This document shows, one piece after another, positions 59,312 through 64,000 of a stretch of DNA of 64,000 nucleotides. Under the pieces are notes generated by a model, which was not told the DNA's origin, searched no databases, and was given only the letters and a program-made list of their open reading frames with translations. Numbering within the stretch: the first letter of the stretch is position 1; the number at the start of each line of letters is the position of its first letter. Made by a program: the position numbers and the translations under genes. The stretch is from Gammaproteobacteria bacterium (GTDB lineage: Bacteria > Pseudomonadota > Gammaproteobacteria > CBDBNL01 > JAAOII01). The stretch covers positions 1,033,309 to 1,097,308 of the forward strand of contig OZ242292.1 of assembly GCA_965207705.1 (NCBI GenBank), written 5' to 3'.

Positions 59312-60817
59312 TTATTGGGATATCTCCAACCCTCCCCTCAACTTATTTTTTATGCTGTTATATCTCTCGCGTACTTCATTATCCTGTTTGATTTTCTTAT
59401 AAAAATTAGTGCAGGAGTATAAAACTGTTGAATGATTCTTGCCGCCAAAGCTGAGCCCTATTTCCGTAGTGCTTTTTGAAGTTAGTTCACGGCACAAACA
59501 CATAGCCATCTGGCGAGCGGCAGTTATAGAGCGGCTTCTGCCTTGAGAAGTTAAATCAGAGATTTGTATGCCAAAGCTATCCGCAACCGCTTTTTGAATT
59601 TGTTTCACAGATGCCTTGTGATCTTGCTGAGGAAGAATATCTTTTAATGTCTGCCTTATTAATGTCAGGTTTGGGGGCATATTGTGCGTTTTAGCGTAAA
59701 AAACAACCATCTTAACCGCCCCCTCCAGATCACGCACGCTGCGGTTTATCCGTTCCGCTATATAAGTGGCGCAATTATCATCAAAAACCACCTTAAAGGC
59801 GGCCCCTTTGTTTTTAATTATCGCTATTCTAGTTGCGAGGTCTGGCTTATCAATCGCTGCCATTACACCCATAGCAAGACGGGTTTTTAGTCGGTTGTGA
59901 ATTCCATTTATTTTATGGGGAGGTTGGTCGCAAGAAATAACCATATTTTTGCCAGCATCAAGGAAATGATTAAAAATATGGAAAAACTCGGTTTGGGTTT
60001 TTTCTTTACCTGCAAAAAAATGAATGTCGTCTATAAGCAATAAATCGGCGCTCTTGTATGCAGCTTTAAAATCATCCATTTTTTTAGCGATGATACTTTT
60101 TGTCATCATGGTTAAAAAATGGTCTGCTGTGACATACATGGCTTTAATGTTACTTGTCTTCGTTACATTATTCATTAACCCTTGCAACAAATGTGTTTTC
60201 CCGATTCCACTATCTCCATAAATAATAAAGTGCTCCCCTTTAATGTTTGCTTGAATGTTTGCTTGAGTATTTGTTTGAGTATTTGTTTGAGTGTTTGTTT
60301 GAGTGTTTGTTTGGATTCCCGCTTTCTCACCAAGGGTTTTTCCTTTTGTGTCTGATATATTTTTTAACAAACTAATAATTAATTCCTTTGCCATTTTATT
60401 GGACTCCCCTACAACGAAAGATTCAAGGGAGGTGGCGGGATTAACAAAAGAACAATGCGGTGATGCCTTCGCTCCTTTGATTCGGGAAGGTGTGTTCCCC
60501 CTATGTTGCGATATTTTCTTTTTTGGTTGCTCTTTTAAATAGCTGTACTTAACATTAAGGTTATTTATTTTTGGGGATCCTTGTAATTTAACCAACGCCC
60601 CCTTTATGCTTACCCCATATTTATCCTTAACCCATTTCATCTTATAATAGTTTTCAGCCACCACAAGAAAACTCGCATCTCCCTTCGCCCCCGACTTCAC
60701 TGCCACCTCATTCCTCTCAAGGATTAATGGCAACAACCACTTATTGAAATCCTCAGCAGGAATATCCTTCTGCAGAATATCACAGACATCGTGCCAAATT
60801 ACGTCTTTTTTACGCAC
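59312..60817 (-). CDS. dnaA: Chromosomal replication initiator DnaA
   Basis: 501 aa. AAA+ Walker A GDSGIGKTHL, sensor motifs, C-terminal DNA-binding domain (SRSITAARQMAMCLCRELT). Domain II has a (TNTQ)n low-complexity insert from a 12-bp microsatellite. Confidence 0.95.
   Translation of the reverse strand: MRKKDVIWHDVCDILQKDIPAEDFNKWLLPLILERNEVAVKSGAKGDASFLVVAENYYKMKWVKDKYGVSIKGALVKLQGSPKINNLNVKYSYLKEQPKKKISQHRGNTPSRIKGAKASPHCSFVNPATSLESFVVGESNKMAKELIISLLKNISDTKGKTLGEKAGIQTNTQTNTQTNTQTNTQANIQANIKGEHFIIYGDSGIGKTHLLQGLMNNVTKTSNIKAMYVTADHFLTMMTKSIIAKKMDDFKAAYKSADLLLIDDIHFFAGKEKTQTEFFHIFNHFLDAGKNMVISCDQPPHKINGIHNRLKTRLAMGVMAAIDKPDLATRIAIIKNKGAAFKVVFDDNCATYIAERINRSVRDLEGAVKMVVFYAKTHNMPPNLTLIRQTLKDILPQQDHKASVKQIQKAVADSFGIQISDLTSQGRSRSITAARQMAMCLCRELTSKSTTEIGLSFGGKNHSTVLYSCTNFYKKIKQDNEVRERYNSIKNKLRGGLEISQ
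60244..60315 (-). repeat. 12-bp microsatellite (6 units, tgtttgYttgaR/tRtttgtttgag) inside the dnaA linker (domain II)
   Basis: Six head-to-tail 12-bp units. On the coding (minus) strand they encode TNTQTNTQTNTQTNTQANIQANI. Confidence 0.8.
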
Positions 60818-61105
60818 AGGAAATAAATAAGGTTATTATGTTATATAAATAAATGTTCAAAGCAAAAGTTAAATTAGTGTTAATGTTTTATACCAAACAG
60901 AAAAGGAATAATGAAAATAAATCATAGAAAAGATTTGATTAATAATAAAAAAGTCGTCCGACAAATTTTATGAACAAGAAGTTAACAGGTTTCCAAAAAT
61001 AAAACCAAGCATTCACAAGAGCAAAAAAAGAAACAAACAAAACAAACAACCTAATAATAATAAAGGGGATAACCCATTTCATTAATTAACACCCTTTAGC
61101 GTTAG

Positions 61106-62413
61106 TTGTCAACAAAGGATATAATAAAAGACATGTTATTAAACTTCATTTTGTTATTCTTTCTTTTCAGTGTTGTTTCCGCTTTCTTTTCCTCTGCCGA
61201 AACAGCTTTTATAAGTGTGAATAAACACAACCTTGCTGCAGATGCTAATGAGAACAATAGAGGTGCGTATCTAGCCCTTAAATTATTAAAAGACCCAACC
61301 AAACTTTTGAGTTTGGTGTTGTTGGGTAATAATCTTGTGAACGTTGGTATATCAGCCCTCGTAACCCTTCTTACTATCCGCTTGTTTGGCGATGGCGCTG
61401 TGTTTGCAGCCACCCTGTTAGTTACTTTGTTTATTTTACTTTTTTGTGAAACAATTCCAAAAGCGTTTGCTGTTCGTTATTCTCATAAAATGGTTATTGT
61501 TTTTTCTTATATTTTATACCCTTTTCAAATTGTGGCTGCTCCTATTGTCGCAGCAATTAATTATATTGTTTTTATCTTAGATAAAATTATTTTTAGGGGA
61601 AGTAAAAACATTCGTGAAGAAGAGGAACATAACCTTGAGCGCTTGCGGGGCGCTGTCTCCGATGCGCGAACCATATTACACAAGTCACATGGGGATATGT
61701 TGCTTGGTATATTAGATTTAGATAAAATTAAAGTCGATGAAGCGATGACCCCTTTGAGCGCCCTTGAAGGAATTAATCTGGAGGATGACGTTAATCGTAT
61801 TTATGAAAACATAAAGAAGTCAGAACATAGTCATTTAGTTGCTTATGAAAAAGAGATAAGTAACTGCCTTGGTTTTATAAACGTTAAAAGGGCTTTGTTG
61901 TTATTTAATTTAAAAGACGTTAGTAAAAACAAAATAAAATCTATTGTGGATGAAGGGGAGTTTATACCTGACACAGTTAATCTACTTAATCTTATGGGGG
62001 AGTTTACTGAAAGAAGAGAAAACCGCGCCTTTGTTGTTGACGAGTACGGAGCAACCCAAGGCATAGTTACCTTGCGAGATATAATGGTTAAAGCAATTGG
62101 TAAAATAAGTTCATTGCTTATGCAGGAAATTTCACCTGGGGTTTTTAGGGTTAACACCAATCTACCAATAAGAGAGATTAACAACCGTACTGGCTGGAAT
62201 ATTGAGGGCGGGCAAGCATCAACCATAAGAGGGCTCATTCAAGAGAACATTGAATCGTTACCTGAGGGGGGCGTTTGTTTTGAAGTTGGTGATTATAGGA
62301 TTGAGGCCGAACTAAATGATTATAAAAAAGGAGGTAATTTAACATCATCTGCTAAAATATGGGTTCATGCCAGGGAGGCAGGTAAACAAAAGGGCAGGAA
62401 AGACCTTGCCTAG
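61106..62413 (+). CDS. HlyC/CorC family transporter (DUF21 membrane domain + CBS pair + CorC_HlyC C-domain)
   Basis: 435 aa. N-terminal 4-TM DUF21-like region, CBS-like segments (AFVVDEYGATQGIVTLRDI), C-terminal transporter-associated domain. The true start may be an internal Met. Confidence 0.75.
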   Translation: MSTKDIIKDMLLNFILLFFLFSVVSAFFSSAETAFISVNKHNLAADANENNRGAYLALKLLKDPTKLLSLVLLGNNLVNVGISALVTLLTIRLFGDGAVFAATLLVTLFILLFCETIPKAFAVRYSHKMVIVFSYILYPFQIVAAPIVAAINYIVFILDKIIFRGSKNIREEEEHNLERLRGAVSDARTILHKSHGDMLLGILDLDKIKVDEAMTPLSALEGINLEDDVNRIYENIKKSEHSHLVAYEKEISNCLGFINVKRALLLFNLKDVSKNKIKSIVDEGEFIPDTVNLLNLMGEFTERRENRAFVVDEYGATQGIVTLRDIMVKAIGKISSLLMQEISPGVFRVNTNLPIREINNRTGWNIEGGQASTIRGLIQENIESLPEGGVCFEVGDYRIEAELNDYKKGGNLTSSAKIWVHAREAGKQKGRKDLA

Positions 62414-62480
62414 AGAAGCAAAGTAAAAAGAAGTTAATGTTAGAATTCACACAAAATAAATTAGAGAGTAAACCAAAGTA

Positions 62481-63749
62481 ATGATTTCATTAAAAGCAAA
62501 AGTAAACGCCTTTTTCCACTCGGACAGTTCTATTGGAGTAATGTTGTTTTCCGCCACAATACTTGCAATTATTTTAGAGAACTCCCCCTTTGTTGATTTG
62601 TATCATTTTATTAAAGAGTTCCACGTGGAACTTTCTCTGGGCTCTATCAAACTTGACCATGATTTGCATTACTGGGTTAATGAAACACTCATGGCTCTAT
62701 TCTTTTTATTAGTGGGACTTGAAATAAAACGGGAGATACTGATAGGTCAACTAGCAAGCATACATTATGTTATTTTGCCAGCGGTTGCTGCAATAGGGGG
62801 GATAGTCGCCCCAGCAATGTTCTTTTGGTTTTTTAACGGGGGCGAAGCCAGTATTGTTGGTTGGGCTGTTCCCACTGCCACCGATATTGCCTTCGCTGTT
62901 GGAGTTATTGCCCTTTTTGGTAGCAGGTTGCCACATAATGTGAAATTATTCATATTAACTCTGGCGGTAATTGATGATATAGGCGCAGTTTTTATTATTG
63001 CGGTTTTTTACTCAGAGAGCATAAATATCCAAATGTTGCTTTATGCTTTTTTGTGTGGTTTGATTATGGGTGGGTTTAACTGGATTAATGTTCGTTCCTT
63101 AACGCCCTATATGCTAATGGGCGCGTTAACCTGGTTTTTTATGTTTAAAACAGGAATTCACCCCACTTTAGCGGGAGTCGTCATTGCCTTTTGTGTGCCA
63201 TTGAGAGTTAAGCAGGATCCTCGCTTGCCCCATGCTTTTGGCATGGACTTGGGGCAGACGCGGCTGGGATATGTCTCCCCCGCAATAAAGCTTGAAGCCA
63301 GCTTGCACCGCAGCGTGAGTTTTGGAATTTTACCCTTATTTGCTTTTATGAACTCTGGGGTTGATTTTTCTGCAATTATGTCTCAAGGAACTCTAATCTC
63401 CACTGTTTTTTCGGGGGTAACCGCTGGAGTATTTTTGGGGTTATTTTTTGGCAAGCCGTTGGGTATGATGGCGGGAGCTATTGCCTGGAAGCTATTGTCA
63501 CGCAAAGATTTCCCATCACAAATAGATTACTTAAATCTGTTAGGGATGGGCTTTATTTGCGGCATTGGCTACACCATGAGCATACTTATTAGCACAATCG
63601 CTTTTGAAGGTAACGATTTATTTATAAATAGAGCCCTTGTGGGGATTTTACTTGGTTCTTTCTGCTCGGCTCTTGCTGGCAGCGCGGTTTTTGTTTATTG
63701 GTTGCGGCGGCAAAAACTATCCGTCGTGCCAAGCGCAGATAAGACTTAG
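62481..63749 (+). CDS. nhaA: Na+/H+ antiporter NhaA
   Basis: 422 aa, 11-12 TM helices. NhaA signature blocks (ETLMALFFLLVGLEIKRE, the two crossing-helix Asp/Lys regions, AVIDDIGAV). Confidence 0.9.
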   Translation: MISLKAKVNAFFHSDSSIGVMLFSATILAIILENSPFVDLYHFIKEFHVELSLGSIKLDHDLHYWVNETLMALFFLLVGLEIKREILIGQLASIHYVILPAVAAIGGIVAPAMFFWFFNGGEASIVGWAVPTATDIAFAVGVIALFGSRLPHNVKLFILTLAVIDDIGAVFIIAVFYSESINIQMLLYAFLCGLIMGGFNWINVRSLTPYMLMGALTWFFMFKTGIHPTLAGVVIAFCVPLRVKQDPRLPHAFGMDLGQTRLGYVSPAIKLEASLHRSVSFGILPLFAFMNSGVDFSAIMSQGTLISTVFSGVTAGVFLGLFFGKPLGMMAGAIAWKLLSRKDFPSQIDYLNLLGMGFICGIGYTMSILISTIAFEGNDLFINRALVGILLGSFCSALAGSAVFVYWLRRQKLSVVPSADKT

Positions 63750-64000
63750 CACAATATAAAGAAGAGCTAAGCAAAGGCATCTTACCTAACAAAGCCCTTC
63801 GGTTTTCTGCTCCCTCCCCCTTCTCCTCAATGTTCCACGTAGAACAATTAATGCCATCACATCCCACATATTCCCGCCCCCCAATAAGAAGGTTTCGTTT
63901 ATAATACTTCTATGATTCAATGCTCCCGTTCGTTTCCAAACACTATTTTATGAGCAATAAGAAACCAGTTTTGGTGGTTATTTATAACCACAAGTATCTG

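Noticed and set aside
60818-61105. AT-rich region upstream of dnaA as oriC
   Set aside because: It is not rejected outright. By eye it contains no DnaA box better than 2 mismatches (gggataacc), so the dnaN-dnaA spacer is the preferred candidate. Only computation can decide.
63622-63867. 81-aa minus-strand ORF at the nhaA 3' end
   Set aside because: It overlaps the nhaA C-terminus in antisense. Basic low-complexity translation.

Overview
This is a 64-kb chromosomal segment from a gammaproteobacterium. The placement is inference: gene order hisS-yfgM-bamB-der, lpoA-yraN-diaA-dolP, clpS-clpA, ybbA-ybbP and dnaA-dnaN-recF-gyrB matches that group. GC is moderate to low by eye, and many lipoproteins, repeat proteins and low-complexity inserts resemble intracellular Legionellales-like organisms, but no identity search was run. 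About 50 protein genes are supported. They include the replication-initiation locus dnaA-dnaN-recF-gyrB at 54-61 kb, plus metE-metF, a phosphofructokinase-family gene, prpB-prpC-mmsA, gpmI, ribD, clpSA, psd-panC-panB, thrB, polA, hisS-yfgM-bamB-der, sbcB, nhaA and bioY. No rRNA, tRNA, CRISPR array, integrase or transposase gene was seen.

Three accessory regions stand out.

- 1-6 kb, a surface-protein cluster. It holds three tandem paralogous lipoproteins built from an 8-residue x[YF]PDGxK repeat, a secreted protein, and an 865-aa lipoprotein with Fn3-like and GLUG-like repeats.
- 25.5-30.1 kb, an AT-rich defence island between clpS and psd. It carries a DPPY DNA methyltransferase with an overlapping candidate restriction gene. 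Next comes a three-gene operon: a CapV-like patatin phospholipase, a Pol-beta-fold nucleotidyltransferase with cGAS/DncV-like motifs (a CBASS-like arrangement), and a tightly coupled uncharacterised 206-aa gene. This island is the most likely new system in the window.
- 47-54 kb, three paralogous ~565-aa polytopic membrane proteins flanking sbcB.

Other notable observations:

- lpoA is split by a one-nucleotide homopolymer frameshift.
- A roughly 185-bp MITE-like insertion with 14-bp target-site duplications displaces the gene after gpmI, which looks like a truncated EnvC.
- There is a family of 9-bp-stem hairpin repeats.
- Short tandem DNA repeats create in-frame low-complexity inserts in dnaA, thrB, psd, der, recF, sbcB, ribD and hisS.
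- There are candidate DnaA boxes between dnaN and dnaA.
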